Under the pieces are notes generated by a model. The model searched no databases and was not told where the DNA came from. It was given only the letters and a program-made list of their open reading frames with translations. Source: Chiloscyllium plagiosum (taxonomy: Eukaryota). From it: a stretch of DNA of 64,000 nucleotides. Numbering within the stretch: the first letter of the stretch is position 1; the number at the start of each line of letters is the position of its first letter. Position numbers and translations under genes: made by a program. Positions 38,100 through 52,402 of the stretch are shown here, in pieces. The stretch is from positions 3,826,306 through 3,890,305 of the forward strand of contig NC_057718.1 in assembly GCF_004010195.1 (NCBI RefSeq). Direction: 5' to 3'.

Positions 38100-40275
38100 C
38101 TATCAAACATATAGGGGTTGACATAACTCCAAGAACTGTCTCTGTCAGATATTTTCGTTAAAATAAATAATAACTTCAGGAATATTAACATTTTCATCTT
38201 TAAATCCTGTCATACACACAAAGACCAAAACCTACATGCCATTAGTTCAAAATCCAAATTCCAAACTAAATACTATTAACATCATTTAGAAACCACATCT
38301 CACATCCCAGTGTTTAGACTCCAATGTGGAGAGTGCACTCATAATCGAGCACAAATTTACCATGAGCTGTACTAAATGTGACGCTGAATCAACAATACAG
38401 CCAATTTGTCTCTCTTCTGTCCTCCGATCCAAAGTTGAAAAGAAAAGCAGTTTAATTAATGACTTCAAAAATAATTTATTTATTATTTTCAAAACTGATT
38501 GTTTAAACAAGCAGAAAATGTGATTAGCATTACAATATGGCGGTGAACCCTTCTGTTAATTAAACCAATCATGCAGAAAAGCTCACCTCGACTTGTAATC
38601 CGTTAAAAAAGAATGAATGACAGAGAACTCAAAAATTCCATTGTTTAAATAAAATCAACTTCTTCTTTAACTCTAAAAGTGAACATTAAACAACACTATT
38701 CACATCTCTAATCCTCATTCTCTTAACAGCCTCCAATTTTAACCATATGCTGTTCCAATAAGACACTTATTAAAATTACATCAACTTAATTTCAAAACCA
38801 TACAGCCGCTGTCATCGTCAGTGTCTGTCTTCTTTCGTCTAAAGATCTCCCTCGGTCATTTTCTTTCTCATTACTGCAAATATGTTTCATTTGAAAAGGT
38901 ACCTTTGATAGACAGTGTTCCTTAATTTCTTGGCTCTCTCTCTCAATGGAAATTGTTCTGTTACCAATTTTCAAACTGTCCGCATTTTAATACCTCCAAC
39001 ATGGATTGTCTCATTGGTTCAATGATGGCAAAATAATAAATACAAACGCAATTCGGTTTTAGTATCCTGAGGCAGAATTTGAACTGATTGCTTAAATTTT
39101 AATTGCTGTCAAAGTAGCAACCAACTTAGGTATCCATCTCACAGCCAAATGCTACGCGTTTTCAATTTTCCAGTACACTGTGAGACTGCCTTCTAGTCAT
39201 ATCACACAGGTGCTTGTAAGTTCTCAGTTCAGCACAGCATTCACTCTAACTTAAAGATACAGTACATGCCTTCAACTTCATCACATGAGCAACTACATTT
39301 CTATTTGGGATTCAACCAAATCCCAATAATCTCAAACATACATTCATTTACAGACAAGCCAATGTGGCTGTGCAGAATTAGCTTGGGCTGTTTTAAAAAA
39401 AACTTAAAGAATGACCATCCCAGGGCGTCTAGGAACTCACATCAGGTGGTGGAATGTGTTGACTTCTCAGAGTTCCTTCAATTTCTTGTCAATGCGGATG
39501 ATTCCTGGAAGTTATATATTGATGGGAGATCTTCTGACCATATTTCAGATTCTGATAGGAAATAGTTTGAAACCCTGATATTGGAAACATTATCTTTTTC
39601 CTTGTCTTTTGCTGACTGAGAGGAAGAAATTGTGCTTGAAGATTTCTTCTCTTTTTATCAGAACAAAGGGACTTTTTTTCATTGTTTTTGGTCAGTTTGA
39701 CAATTTTGCCTCAGCTGCTCTCCTTTTGATCTGTGAAGGCACACAGTAACACAAGTCCAGAAACTATTAATAAGCTGTATTCAAATGCAGTCAGCCCAGC
39801 AACTGAGTGATAAAATCTGTTTCTTACCTATTCTTAATATTCTTGTTTCATTAAGAATTCATTTGAATTTTGTAAACCACAACAGATTTTGATCTTTCAG
39901 ATCCAAGTGGTCATGTGGTAAATGTTGCTTGACAAAGGAAGGTCCAAGAGTTCCATATTCCAGTTTCTCGTACTCCATATATTTTCGTGTATGGGTATCT
40001 GTTCACTTTAATGAGTGGTTCTGTTGTTACCTTATGAATTTAATGACTCTTTTTCGACTAAACAGTATACTTCCAGTTTTGACTGCTCCTGCACACCCAT
40101 TATAATTGCACTTTTACAAAAAATTGTCTTCGCTGCTCTTATTTCTCCATCCAATCTGAGTATCCTAATATCTCTCTGCATTACATCTGATCTGTTATTG
40201 GTGCCCACTCTCCCACAATGGGACAAGTAGAAGAGAAAGAGAAAGCACCAGGATCTATCTGAACCAGAATGCGGC
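38100..40275 (-). repeat. Partial copy of the same duplication module, interrupted by a probable solo LTR
   Basis: 39330-40275 matches 520-1325 and reverse-complemented 53400-53860; 38110-38470 matches reverse-complemented 53920-54280. Confidence 0.7.
38530..39284 (-). mobile_element. Probable solo LTR
   Basis: ~750-bp insert absent from the other module copies; begins TGTGATG on the minus strand; contains AATAAA-like signals. Confidence 0.4.
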
Positions 40276-40277
40276 CT

Positions 40278-41770
40278 GTTGAGAGGTGACTTAATTGAGA
40301 TATATAAGATAATCAGAGGGTTAGATAGGGTGGACAGTGAGAGCCTTTTTCCTCAGATAGTGATGCAGCTAACATGAGGGGACATAGCTTTAAATTGAGC
40401 GGTGATGGATATGCGACAGATGTCAGAGGTAGTTTCTTTACTCAGAAATTTGTAGGGGCATGGAAAACACTGCTTGCAACAGTATTAGACTTGCCAACTT
40501 TAAGGACATTTAAATGGTCATTGGATAAACATATGGATGATAATGGAATAGTGTCAGATAGATGGGCTTCAGATTGGCTCCACAGGTTGGCACAACATTG
40601 AGGGTCGAAGGGTCTGTACTACACTGTAATGTTATATGTTCTCGGTTCTATGTTCTATCTTCTACATTCTACATAACTGGCAACTTTTCTACACAGCGGG
40701 TGGTGTATGCATGGAATGAGCTGCCAGAAGAAGTGGCAAAGGCTGATACAATTATACTTCTAAAAGACATGTGGATGGGTATATGGATAAGAAGGATGCA
40801 GAGGGATATGGGCCAAATGCTGGCAAATAGAACTAGATTAAGTTAGGATATCTGGTCGCAATGGATGAGTTGGATGAATGGGCCCGTTTCTACGCTGTGT
40901 ATCTCTGTGACTCTATAACCTAGAGTCAATCTCTTGCCTTTTCTTCTTCGTCCTGCGCATTGTTTCTGTGTAAATAATCATCCAGTGCCCTGTTAAATGC
41001 CTCAGTTAGACCTTAATGCCATTGGAGCAGAAGATGGAAAATCAGAATCAGGCCTTTCTGCCCAACGAGTCTGTTCATGGCTGCTCTGATAATCCCCAAT
41101 TTGACTTTCCTGTCTTTTCCTTGTATCTCTAGATTTACTTTCTGTTTAAAAATCTGTCTTTCTCAACTTCATCATACTGAATGGTGCAGCCTCAGTTCCC
41201 CTGTGTGGTGGAGTTCCCTTCTCAGTGAGGAAATTCCTTCTCCTCTCTGCCTTAAGTTTACATCCCCTGATTGAGATTCTGTCCTCTGCTCCCAAGACTC
41301 CCTTACAGTGGAAACAATGTCTTCTCATTTACCCTGTCAGGTCCTCCAGGAATCTTTTCTTTTTCAATACTGTTGCCTCATATTTTTCAATATTCTGGTG
41401 AGAACAAACTCAATCAATGTCACCTCTCCTCATAAGACAGTCCCTCCATACCGGCTATCAGCCCAGTGACCCTTCTCCAGACAGCCTCCATACCAGGACA
41501 CCTTTCTTCAAATAAGGAACAAGCACTGTCTCACAGTATTCCAGTTATGGTCTGACTAGAGGTTTGTACAGTTTTGGTAAAACCTTCCTAATTTTATTCT
41601 CCATTTCCTTTGAAATAAAAGACACTCTCCATTTTCCTTCCTTATCACTCTTTGTGATTCATGGATGACGACTCCCAAATGCCTCTGATCTATATCTTTT
41701 GCAGTCTTTCCTATTTCAATAATATTCAACTCCTCTGTTCTTTCAGACAAAGTGTATGGACTCACATTTC
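40278..41770. mobile_element. Several CR1 3' fragments, both strands
   Basis: RGHSFKL..FFTQ motifs on +; CR1 C-terminus on -. Confidence 0.7.
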
Positions 41771-41771
41771 T

Positions 41772-42480
41772 TCAGTTAAGCCTGGATGTCCATTGGGCAA
41801 ATGTTTGGAATCCTTCAATGCCAAGGAATTTCATGAGGCTGTTATTCAAGCCCAACCATTTGCCTTGAGCGCCTATCACAAAGCCAAAGTACTTAGGCTC
41901 ACAGCGTCCAATCAACTCCATTATCTCGGCATTCAGGCGGTTGTATTTTGTCTTTTGTCCTGCCATGCCATTTCCAGAGCTTTGCTGTCATTTTTGTACT
42001 GCACTGCAACATTGACCACTGCGATCTTTTGATCTTTCTTAAATATGACATCAGGTTTCCATAGTGAGCCATGCTTCACGATCAATCTCGGCTCAGCGTA
42101 TTTACTGACATGCTTCTTCAGCTGGTCCACAGTCTTATTATGGAGTTTTATTCGAGCGTTTTTAATGAATGAGCAACAACCTGAGATGTGTGAAATGGTT
42201 CCAATTGCTATCTCACACCTTCGGTGAGTTTTGATTCTGCTTGGTCTTCTTGTCAGCTATAGATTACTCCGCAGGAGCAAGCTGTTAATGAGCTGTGAGG
42301 ATTTTAGTTGAATTGCTGGTTTCAACCAAGAGTTTGAGATTTTGTCATCTCTGTAATACTGAATGCCTGCCCCTTGACATTCAAGTCTTTGCCACGTTTT
42401 GAATTCCTACTCTCTCCATCCTGCATAACTGTTGGGCGGTTTCTGTCACCTGGCGTCCGCCTCCTGAAGTGCTGGCATAA
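41772..42480 (-). mobile_element. R2-type non-LTR retrotransposon 3' fragment (zinc knuckle plus restriction-like endonuclease)
   Basis: WQRLECQGAGIQYYRDDKISNSW...HRRCEIAIGTISHISGCC...RIKLHN...WKPDVIF...KY...FGFVIGAQGKW; stops and a frameshift. Confidence 0.75.
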
Positions 42481-42489
42481 TTGTTACCT

Positions 42490-44640
42490 TGCGATCCCTT
42501 TCCATCGCTAAATCAAACAAAATGGAATTGTGATCACTATCACCAAAGTGCTCACCTATCTCCAAATCTAACACCTGGCTCATTGCCTAGTACCAAATCC
42601 AATGTGGCCTTGCCCCTTGTTGATCTGTCTAGATACCGTGTCAGGAAACCTTACTGCACACATTGGACAAAAGCTGACCCGTCTAAGTACTTGGACTATC
42701 GTATTCCCAGTCAATATTTGGCAAGTTAAAGTCCCCCTTAACAACTACCCTGTCACTCTTGCTCCTATCAAGAATCATCATTGCTATCCTTTTATCTACA
42801 TCTCTGGAACGATTTGGCGGCCTATAGAAAACTCCCAACAGGGTGAGCTCTCCTTTCCTAATACTAACCTCAGCCTATACTACCTCAGTTGATGAGTCCT
42901 CAAAGGCCCTTTCTGCCACTGTAATACTGTCCTTGACTAACAATGCTACACCTCCCCTTCTTTTACCATCTTCCCTGTTCTTACTGATACATATAAATCC
43001 CAGAACCTGCAACAACCATTCCCATCCCTGCTCTACCCATGTCTCCAAAATTACTACAGCATTGAAGTCCCAGGTACCAACCCATGCTGAAAGTTCACCC
43101 ACCTTATTCCATACTTCTAAAGTTTTTCCCTCTCAAATTAAACCAATGGCTCCAAATTTGGACACCCCTGCACTGAGAAAATTCTCGTGGATATTCACCT
43201 GATCCATTCCCTTCATGATTTCATAAAACTCTAGAAGGATACCCATCAGCCTCTGACCTCCAGGGAAAACAGCTTCAGCCTATTCAGCCTCTCCTGATAG
43301 CTCAAATCCTGCAATCCCGACAACATTCTTGTAAATCTTTTCTAAATGTTTTCAAATTTAACAAAATCTTTCCGATCTCAAAGACAACAGAATAGAATAT
43401 AATATTCTAAAAGTGGCCTAACGAATGTCCTGTACAACCAAAATATGGCATCCTAACTCCTATACTCAATGCACTGTCCAGTAAAGGCAAACGTACCAAC
43501 TGCCTTCTTCACTATCCTATCTAAATGCCATTCCACTTTGAATAAATTGTACACCTGCACCCCGAGGTCCCTTTTTTTGGCAACACACCCCAGGGCCCAA
43601 TTCTTAACTCTATGAGTCCTGCCCTGACTTGCCTCAGCAAAGTGCAAGATCTCACATTTACCTAAATTAAACTCAATCTGCCTCTCATCGGCCCATTGGC
43701 CCATTTGATCAAGGTTCATTTGTATTCTGAGATTACCTTCTTTACTGTCCAATTTAGCTTCAATTTTGGTATCATCTGCAAACTTACCAACCATACTCCC
43801 TCTATTCACATTCAAATTGTTCATATAAATAGCAAAAAGCAGTGGACCCAACAATGACCCTTGTGGCACACTGCTGGTCACAAGTTTCAATCTGAAAAAC
43901 AACTGAGGGTCCTGATGAAGAGCTTATGCTCCAAACATCGACTCTCCTGTTCCTCAGCTGCTGACTGACCAGCTGTGCTTTTCCACCATTGCACTTTTTG
44001 ACACTGATATTGACCATCTGCAGTACTCACTTTCTCCCATGTCTCATTAGATTCTAAGTGATCTAACCTTGCTAACCAGTCTACAACTGGAAACATTGTT
44101 GAAGACCTTGCTGAAATCCATATAAACAGTATATTGCTTTGTCTTCATCAATCTTCTTTATCACTTCTTCGAAAAACTCAGTCAAGTTAGTGAAACACAA
44201 AGCTGTGTTGACTATCTCTAATCAGTCCTTGCTTTTCCAAATACCTAATATATCCTGTCTTTCAGAATCCCTTCCAACAACTTACCCAGCACTGACCTAG
44301 GGCTTATCGGTCTATAGTTCCCTGGCTTTTCCAAACCACCTTTCTTAAATAGTGGTACTATTTTAGCCAACCTCCACTCGTTCAGCACCTCACCCGTGGC
44401 TCTTGATGATGCAAATATCACAGCAAACAGCCTCGCAATCACTGGGGTAGACCTGATCAGATTCAAGGGATTTATCCAACATTATGCATTTTGAGACATT
44501 CTGCACCTCCTCTTCTGTTGTATGGACACTTTTCAAGATATCACTAGTTATTTAACCAAGTTCTCCAGTTTCCATATTCTTCTCCACATTAAATACTGAT
44601 GTGAAATATTTGTTTATTATCTCACCCATTCCCTGTGGTT
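42490..44640 (-). mobile_element. CR1 LINE EN and RT fragments
   Basis: VILETW..RGGVALLVK; VPQGSLLGPLLF..KFADDTK; PGNYRPIS. Confidence 0.85.
43910..44037 (+). mobile_element. Penelope-type terminal fragment with mutated hammerhead core
   Basis: cCTGATGA-agagcttatgctc-CAAAC followed by the family 3' sequence; inserted in a CR1. Confidence 0.6.
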
Positions 44641-44705
44641 GAAGTTAAAGTGCTAAGAGGTCCAGTGCTGAAACAATGGACCCAAAAGGCTTCCTTCTTC
44701 ATCAG

Positions 44706-44974
44706 AACATTGCTGTGATTTTGGGAACAGTGAGATTCCACTCTATGCAGCAAATGTTGCTTCTCCTTTTCTGTTTCCTGGGCTCAGTTTGCAGCTGGTG
44801 TTCAGAAAAGGCAACCCTTATCACAGGCAAATTGTCAAAACCACGTTTCCTACGGGTGTTCCCTCTCTTTGTTGTGTAGATGGTGAAATCCCCAGTTTAT
44901 TTCACATTGTTGTCTGTCCATTGACCAGCTGGGAAACGGTGGGAGCACAGAGGGACACTCTACACTCTCAGTGA
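44706..44974 (+). other. Candidate coding exon of unidentified gene (copy 2)
   Basis: Same acceptor and end. EHCCDFGNSEIPLYAANVASPFLFPGLSLQLVFRKGNPYHRQIVK...VCPLTSWETVGAQRDTLHSQ; indels versus copy 1 are 21 and 3 nt. Confidence 0.35.
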
Positions 44975-46489
44975 GTGTGATGAGGCAGCTTGGTTCAGTT
45001 GGTTTCTCTCTCTTGCACATAGGATAGAAGCTGTGGCTGTCAAAACTATTTCTGGAAGCTGACTTTCCGGTGGACTAGGCGGATGTCACAGAGTGGTTTC
45101 TGATGAGCTACAGTAAAGCTGTAGATGAATGTGATATCATGACGTCAGATCATGTGGCAAGAGTGAATATAAACAGCAGCAACAGAGAGAAGATTGCACT
45201 CTGTCCTTGTTTCCAGCAGATGGTGGGTGGTGTGCTCAGGCATCCAATTTGAAGATTTAAAGATCATAAAGCACAATGTTAAAAAGAACAGGAGATATTC
45301 TCCGTCTCCTGACCATCGACTTCTTTCCTTCAGTGAACAACATCACACAAAACATGAACTGGCATTCAGCACATTCATCTTTGGAAATGTGCCCGGTTTG
45401 GAACAGACCCAGGATTCGGTGCTGTCAGATACTGAACTTCAAACTGGTTCACAGTTTGTGAAGTCCTGGAGGTGTTTTAATGAAAGAAATTCAATATTAT
45501 TGATCATAGAGAATTTATGTGAGTGTCAACATGGGTCCATTGGTGAAACTCACTCTGAATCACAAAGCTGTAAATTCTCCAACTTTTTAAAACAAGAAGG
45601 TGTCTTTCAAAACCACTCCAACGAGACCCAGGGTACACACAAACTAATCTTCACTGTGTCCTCATTTTGGAGAGAGTGGAAACAGCCTTGGGATTATTGG
45701 AGGAGATGGAGGGACAATGCATTGCTGGGGGAAATGGAAATGTTGAGCAGGTTTCTGAGGGCGAAATGATGATGGTGAAGTGTTGAGGAATGTGCCTGGG
45801 GACAGCGCAGAGATGATCAGAGTCTGGAGGAGAAACCACTGGTGTGAGAGGAAGCTGATGATGGGAGCAGCCAGAGGGGACCCTAATAGAGCAGTTCCAG
45901 GTGCTGCAATATGTGTCTGAGACTGTCTAACAGAAAGTGGACTCAATGGTGCTCAGAGGAGTGGAGAGTTGAGAGAGTAAGTGGATGGAGGGACAGTGAG
46001 ACACACAGTCACACCGAAATTAATTGTGCTGTTGATCAGTGAAGGCTCAGCGTTGGGGCTGAGAGTGAATCTGGATTCCAGGATCTGGAACAGGGAGTGG
46101 GCAGGAGCTGGCTCCCCGTTGCAAGAGGCAAGAGGCAAGAGGCAATCGGATGGTTGGTCTGGATTGTGGGGACAGAGGGACTCTCTGTGGTGCTGCTGAT
46201 TGGCCTGGGAAGGACTATTTTGATGTGAGGGGCACCGCGCTCATAATCCCCTCAAACAGGCAGTTGGCTATTTGGATCAATTTTCTGATAGCTCGTTGAG
46301 TTTGTTGAGAAGCAATTGTTTCGATATGAAGTATTAGTGACATAGATAAAGAAAGTGTCCATCTGTGACAATGGGGGTTGGTTCACTTGGGACCAGTGTT
46401 ACAGTCTTGTTAGTGGTGGTGGTGGTGGTGGGGGTGGGTGTGTGGGTGGAGGGGCGGGGTGTTGGTAGAGGGGTTGGTGCAGCATCCTG

Positions 46490-49400
46490 CTCTCTAGAGC
46501 ATGGGACATGGGTCAGTCCAGCACAGCAACAGGCCCTTCAGCCCATCAAGTCTGTGTCAATCATGATGCCATTCTAAATGAACCCCATTTGCCCACACAT
46601 GGTTCATATCCCTCTATTCCCTCCCTGTAAATGTGTCTGTCTCATGCCTCTTAAGTGCTGCTGTTGAATCTATTTCTACCACCTCCCCTGCCAGTACAGT
46701 CCAGGTACCTACCGCCCTCTGTGTAATATACTTCCTTCACACTTATTCTTTAAAGTTTCACCCCCTCACCTTAAACCTACGCCCCCCTCTATTTGACATT
46801 TACACCCTGAGAAAAACACTCTGATTATCCATCCTATCCATGCCTCTCATAGTTTTATAAACTTCTATCAGGCTGTCCATCAGCCTCTGATTCTCTTGTG
46901 AAAACAATCCAAATTTGTCCACCCTCTCATGCACTCCAATCCAGGCAACTTCCTGGTAGTCCTCTTTTCACCGTCTGCATGTCTCCACATCCTTCCAAAT
47001 GTGGCTGAACTAAAGTGCATTACAGCTGGAAGTTAACATGCTAGTTTTTATAAGCAATGCACCGTACGATGCAGCCAAGCATGCCATCTGCCTTCTTTAC
47101 CATCTTATCCATTTGTATTGCCACTTTCAGGGAGCTATGGACTTACATCCCAAGATACCTCTGCATATCAATGCTCCTGCGGGTCCTCCCATTTATTTAT
47201 TCTTTGTTCTCCCATTTGACTTCGTAAAATGTATCACTCCACACTTGTCCAGTTGAAACTCCATCTGCCATTTCTCCAACCAACATTCCAACTAATCAAA
47301 AGCCAGTTGTATCCTTTCATAACCTTCTACACAACCCACAACTCCACCAATTTTTGTGTCATCTGCAAACTTACTGAAACATCAAAAATAGGAGCAGGAG
47401 TAGGCCATCCAATATGATCATGGCTGATAATGCAATCTCAGTATCCCACTCCTGCTTTATCTCCATACCTTTTGATCCCTTTAGCTGGATGGGGCCGCAT
47501 CCAGCTCCCTCTTGAATATACCTGACCCCGAGAGCTTCCTGTGCAAGAGAATTCCACACATTCTCAACTCTGAGTGAAGATATGCTTCCTCATCTTAGTT
47601 CTGATGACCCCTAGTTCTGGACCTCCCCAACATTGGGAACATTCTTCCTGCATCTTGTCTATCCAGTCCCATCAGGATTTTATACATTTCCATGAGATTC
47701 CCCTTCATTCTTCTGAAATTCCAACAAGTACAAGCCTAGCTGATCCAGTCTTTCCTACTATGTCAGTTCTGCCATCCCAGGAATCAGTATGGTGAACCTT
47801 CGCTGGACTCCCTCCATAGCAAAAATGTCCTCCTTCAGACTAGGAGAACAAAACTGCACACAATACTCAAGACATTGCCTCACCAAGGCCCTGTATAACT
47901 GCTGCAAGAAATCCTTATTCCAATACTGAAATCTTCTCGCTATGAAGGCCAGCTTTCCTTACTGCCTGCTGTACCTGCATGCCAACCTTCAATGAGTGTT
48001 CCACCATGACACCCAGGTCTCATTGAACTGCACCTTTTCTTAAGAACCAGGAGCAGGAGTTGGCCATCTGGCCCTTCAAGCCTGCTCCGCCAATCAATAA
48101 GATCATGGCTGATGTTTTCATGGCCTCAGCTTCACTTACCCACTCTCTCACCATAACCTTTAATTCCTTTACTGTTCAAAAATCTACCTATCATAGCTTC
48201 AAAAACATTCAATGAGGAAGATTCAACTATTTCACTGGGCAGGGAATTTCACAGATTCCCAACCCTCTGGGTGAAGAATGTTCTCCTCAATTCAGCCCTA
48301 AATCTGCTCCCCCTAATTTTGAGGCTATGCCCTGTTGTCCTATTTTCATCCACCAATGGATCCGTCCTGTCTACTTCCATCATATCTATTTTCTACATAA
48401 TTTTATGCTTCTATAAAATCCCCCCCAGCCAAGCCATTTCCCAGAAGTGACTCTACATTTGTGAGACCATGGAGTGGAGTGTGTGGGTAGTGGGGCTGGG
48501 GGATTGTGATGGGGAATTATTTGTGGGAATTGTTAGAGGATATTGAAGGGAAATGTGGAATCGATCCAGGGGGTTTACGAGATATGAATAACATCGTGGA
48601 GAGTTGGGCAGTGAGGGCGAGAATGGAGTGTGAAGTGACACCAATGAAAAGGACCATATTCCAAGGATAAATGTGAGGAAGAGAAATGTTGAGGATCAGG
48701 CTAATGAAGATGATTATTTGGGATAAACATTCTGTCAGCCCTTTCCTGATTTGGGGAAAAGAAATGTACCAATATCCCAGGGTGTGAGACAGATGGCAGG
48801 ATTGGGGCCCAGGCTGATATATTTGCATCATCGCTCACCATGGGTGAGGTTCTGGAAGACTGGAGGGTAGCAAATGCTGTGCTCTTATTCAAGAAGGTCA
48901 GCAATGAGAAACTTGAGAACCCTAGACCAGTTAAGCCTAACATCTGTGGTAGGTAAGTCACTTGAGAAGATTCTGAGGGATAAGGTATTCGTGCATCTGG
49001 AAAGACAGGGTTTGATTAGGACTAGGCAGCATGGATCATGCCTTACAAATTTATTAGAGTTCTTTGATGAAGTTACCAGAAAGGTTGATGATGGCAGGGG
49101 GGTAGACATAATCAATATGGATTTCAGTCAGGCCTTCAATAAGGTTCTACATGATAGGCTTCTCGGGAAGGTTAGATTGCATGGAATCCAGGGAGAATTG
49201 GCAAATTGGATATACAATTGGTTTAATGGTGGAAAGCAGAGTGTAATAGTGGAAGGATGCTGGTCGGACTGGAGACTAGTGGTGTGCCTCAGGAGTCAGT
49301 GCTAGGCCCATTACTGTTTGTTATCTATATCAATGATTTGGATGAGAATGTACAAGGCATGTTGAGTTAGTTTGCTGATGTTACTAAAATAGACAGCATG

Positions 49401-51860
49401 GTGGACAGTGAAGAAGGTTTTCTGAAATTGCAGCAAGATCTTGATCATTTGGGGAAGATGGCAAAGAAATGCCAAAAGGAGTTTAATATTGATAAGTGTG
49501 AGGTCTTGCATTTTGGAAAGTAAAATCAAGGTTGGAGATTCATGGAATGTAGTAGAATAGTAGGACCTTGGAGTTCAGGGACACGGTTCTCTGAAAGCAG
49601 AGTCACAATAGACAGGGCAGTGAAGGTTTTTGGCACACTGGCCGACATCAGTCAGGGCATTGAGTATAGAAGTTGGAAAGTTCTGTTGCAGTTCACCAAC
49701 GTCCAGCTGCATTTGGAGCATTGTGTTCAGTTTTGGTCACCTTGCTTCAGGAAGGATGTTATTAAACTGGAAAGAGTACAGAAGAAATTTACAAGGATAT
49801 TGCCAGGACCCAAGTGACTGAGTGATAGGGAGAGGTTGCACAAGTTAGGAGTTTTTTCCTTTAGAATGGAGTAGATTGAGGGGATGGTGGGGGGGTGTTT
49901 GTTGGTGGGGGGGTGAAATCTGACAGAAGTGTATCAGCGTGCATGGACATTTTGGTTTGCATGGACCAGTTTGGGCTGAGGGATCTGTCTCCGAGCTGTG
50001 GGACTTTATGATTCTATGATTCTAAGACTATGATTGATTTGGACAAGGTGTCTGGGACCTTGTATATGAGGTGTGAGTGTGTAAGAAGCTGGACCCTGGG
50101 TCTCTGAGCAGCTCCTGGACATAGGGGGACACAGGGTCAGTTGGTAATCAGGCAATTACCAGGGCCAGTGAATACTGAGGGATTATGTGTACATGGCTGT
50201 GAAACAATTGTGAGGATTTATGGTCAGGATCTGAGGAGGGCAGTGTCTGTCTGATCATGAGATTGGATATTGTAAATAGATACGACAGTAAAATACAGGG
50301 ATAGAAGTAGGCATTTGGCCCATTTAGACTGCTCCACCATTCAATAGGATCATGGCTGATATGATAACTCTCAAACCCACTTTTCTGCCTTTTCCCCATG
50401 ACTCTTGACTCTCTCACTAATTAAATCTCTGTCTATCTCGGCCTTGACTATCCTGAATGACCCAGCCATGACAGCCCTCTGTGGGAAAGAGTTCCACAGA
50501 TTCACAAACTTCTGAGAGAAGAAATTCCTCCTCATGTGTGTTTGAAATGTGTGACCCGGTATTCTGAGATTACACCCTCTAGTCCGAGATTATCGGCTTC
50601 ACTAGGTTCTTCTCACATTCTCCTAAACCCAAATGAGTACAGGTCCAACCTACTCAGCATCTCTTCATAAGAATATCCCTTCACACCCAGGATCAGCCGA
50701 GTGAACCTTCTCTGGGCTGCCTCCAATGTCAGTGTACTTTTCCTCAGGTAAAGGGCCCACAACAGCCCACATTAGTCCAGCTCTAGTCTAACTTGTGCCT
50801 TGTATAATTGTAGCAAATTCTCACTATTTTTATCCTCCAATCCCTTTGAAATAAAGGCCAACATTCCATCTTCCCTCCTTACTCCCTGCTGAACTTGGAT
50901 GCTAGGCCTTGGTGATTCATATACACTCTCCAACCCTCCCCGTCCTCTGTGCTGGGCTGCCAAGCAGTCTTTCCCCACATGGGAGGCAATGACCAAGTTG
51001 GATCATCACTGGATTATTAATCCAGAGACCTAGAGCATGTTCTGAGACTCCATATTCAAATCCCTCCATGGAAAATGTTGGAATTTGAATTCCTTAAAAA
51101 CCTGGAATTAAACATCTGATGATGACCATGAAATGATTGTTCCAGAAACACCCACCTGGTTTACTGCCATCCTTACTGGTTTGGCCTACATGTGACTCCA
51201 GACCCACAGTTAAGGAGCCAGTTTTTAATTGTGCCCTGAGCAATTATGGATGGGTAATAAATGATGGCTTAGTCAGCAATGTTCACATCTTGAATGAAGA
51301 AAAGAAAACATATTCTTCCTGTTGAGGTACATGACCTTGTATTACCCGTAATGCATTTCGTCTGCCAACATTGTGCCCACTCACTGAACCTGTCTATTGC
51401 TCTGTGCAGACTCTTTGTGTTATTCTCCCCACTTGCTTTCCCATTTATTTTTGTGCCATCCACAAACTTTGCTGCAGTCGATTCATTTTCCACATCAAGT
51501 AATTAATATTGATTGTCAATAATTGTGGCCCCCGCACTGAGCTCAATTGTGGCCCCCGCACAAATTTCAGGTTGTTACCCTGAAAAAGGCGCCTTTATCC
51601 CAACTCCTGTCATTGTTTAGTTAACCAATCCTCTGTCCATATTACCTACAACACCAAGGACTCTCATCTTATGAAGTAGCCTCATGTGTGGTGCCTGACT
51701 GATTTGAAAATCCAAATGCATTACATCGACTTGATCTCCTTGATCCATCCTGCTTCTTACCTCATCAAAGTGTTTCAGTAAATTTGTCTGGCATTATTTA
51801 TCCTTTGTGATGCCATGCTGACTCTGCTGATTCATGTTATACATTTCTAAGTGTTCTTCA
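46490..51860. mobile_element. Cluster of nested CR1 LINE fragments, both strands
   Basis: SCLTNLLEFFDEVT..MDFSQAFNKV (48874-49305, +); KFVDGTK and several CR1 3' ends (-). Confidence 0.75.
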
Positions 51861-52402
51861 GATACCATCACTATCACCATCACTATCATTATTATTGTTG
51901 CTAGTGCTGGGGGTAAGCTATTTTATTGAACCACTGCAGTCCATGTCCTGCAGGTAGACTCATAATGCCCTGAGAAAGAGAATTGCAGCATTTTGACTCA
52001 GTGACACTGAATGAACAGTTATATATTTTCAAGTCAGAATGGTGAGGGACTTGGAGGGGATCTTGCAGGGGGTGGTGTTCCCATGTATCTGCTGCCCAAA
52101 TGGAAGCAAATGTGGATTTTGATCATGCTGCAGAAGACATTGACATGTCCAAAATGTTGATGAGATTTTCAACAGAATTATGTAATATTATTTAACACTC
52201 TGTTTATTTAATTATTTCTGTTGATGTTGATGGATTTTCTTTAATATGAATCAGTCACAAATGCAGCTCCATGGATTAATATAACAAAGTGTTTTCTCTA
52301 TTTAACTGAAAACTCCTACCATCCTTTCAGATCCTTTCAATACGGCAGTACAGAGAATCTGCTCCTGTGGGAATAAACATACTGTTCTCTTTTATTTTCA
52401 AG

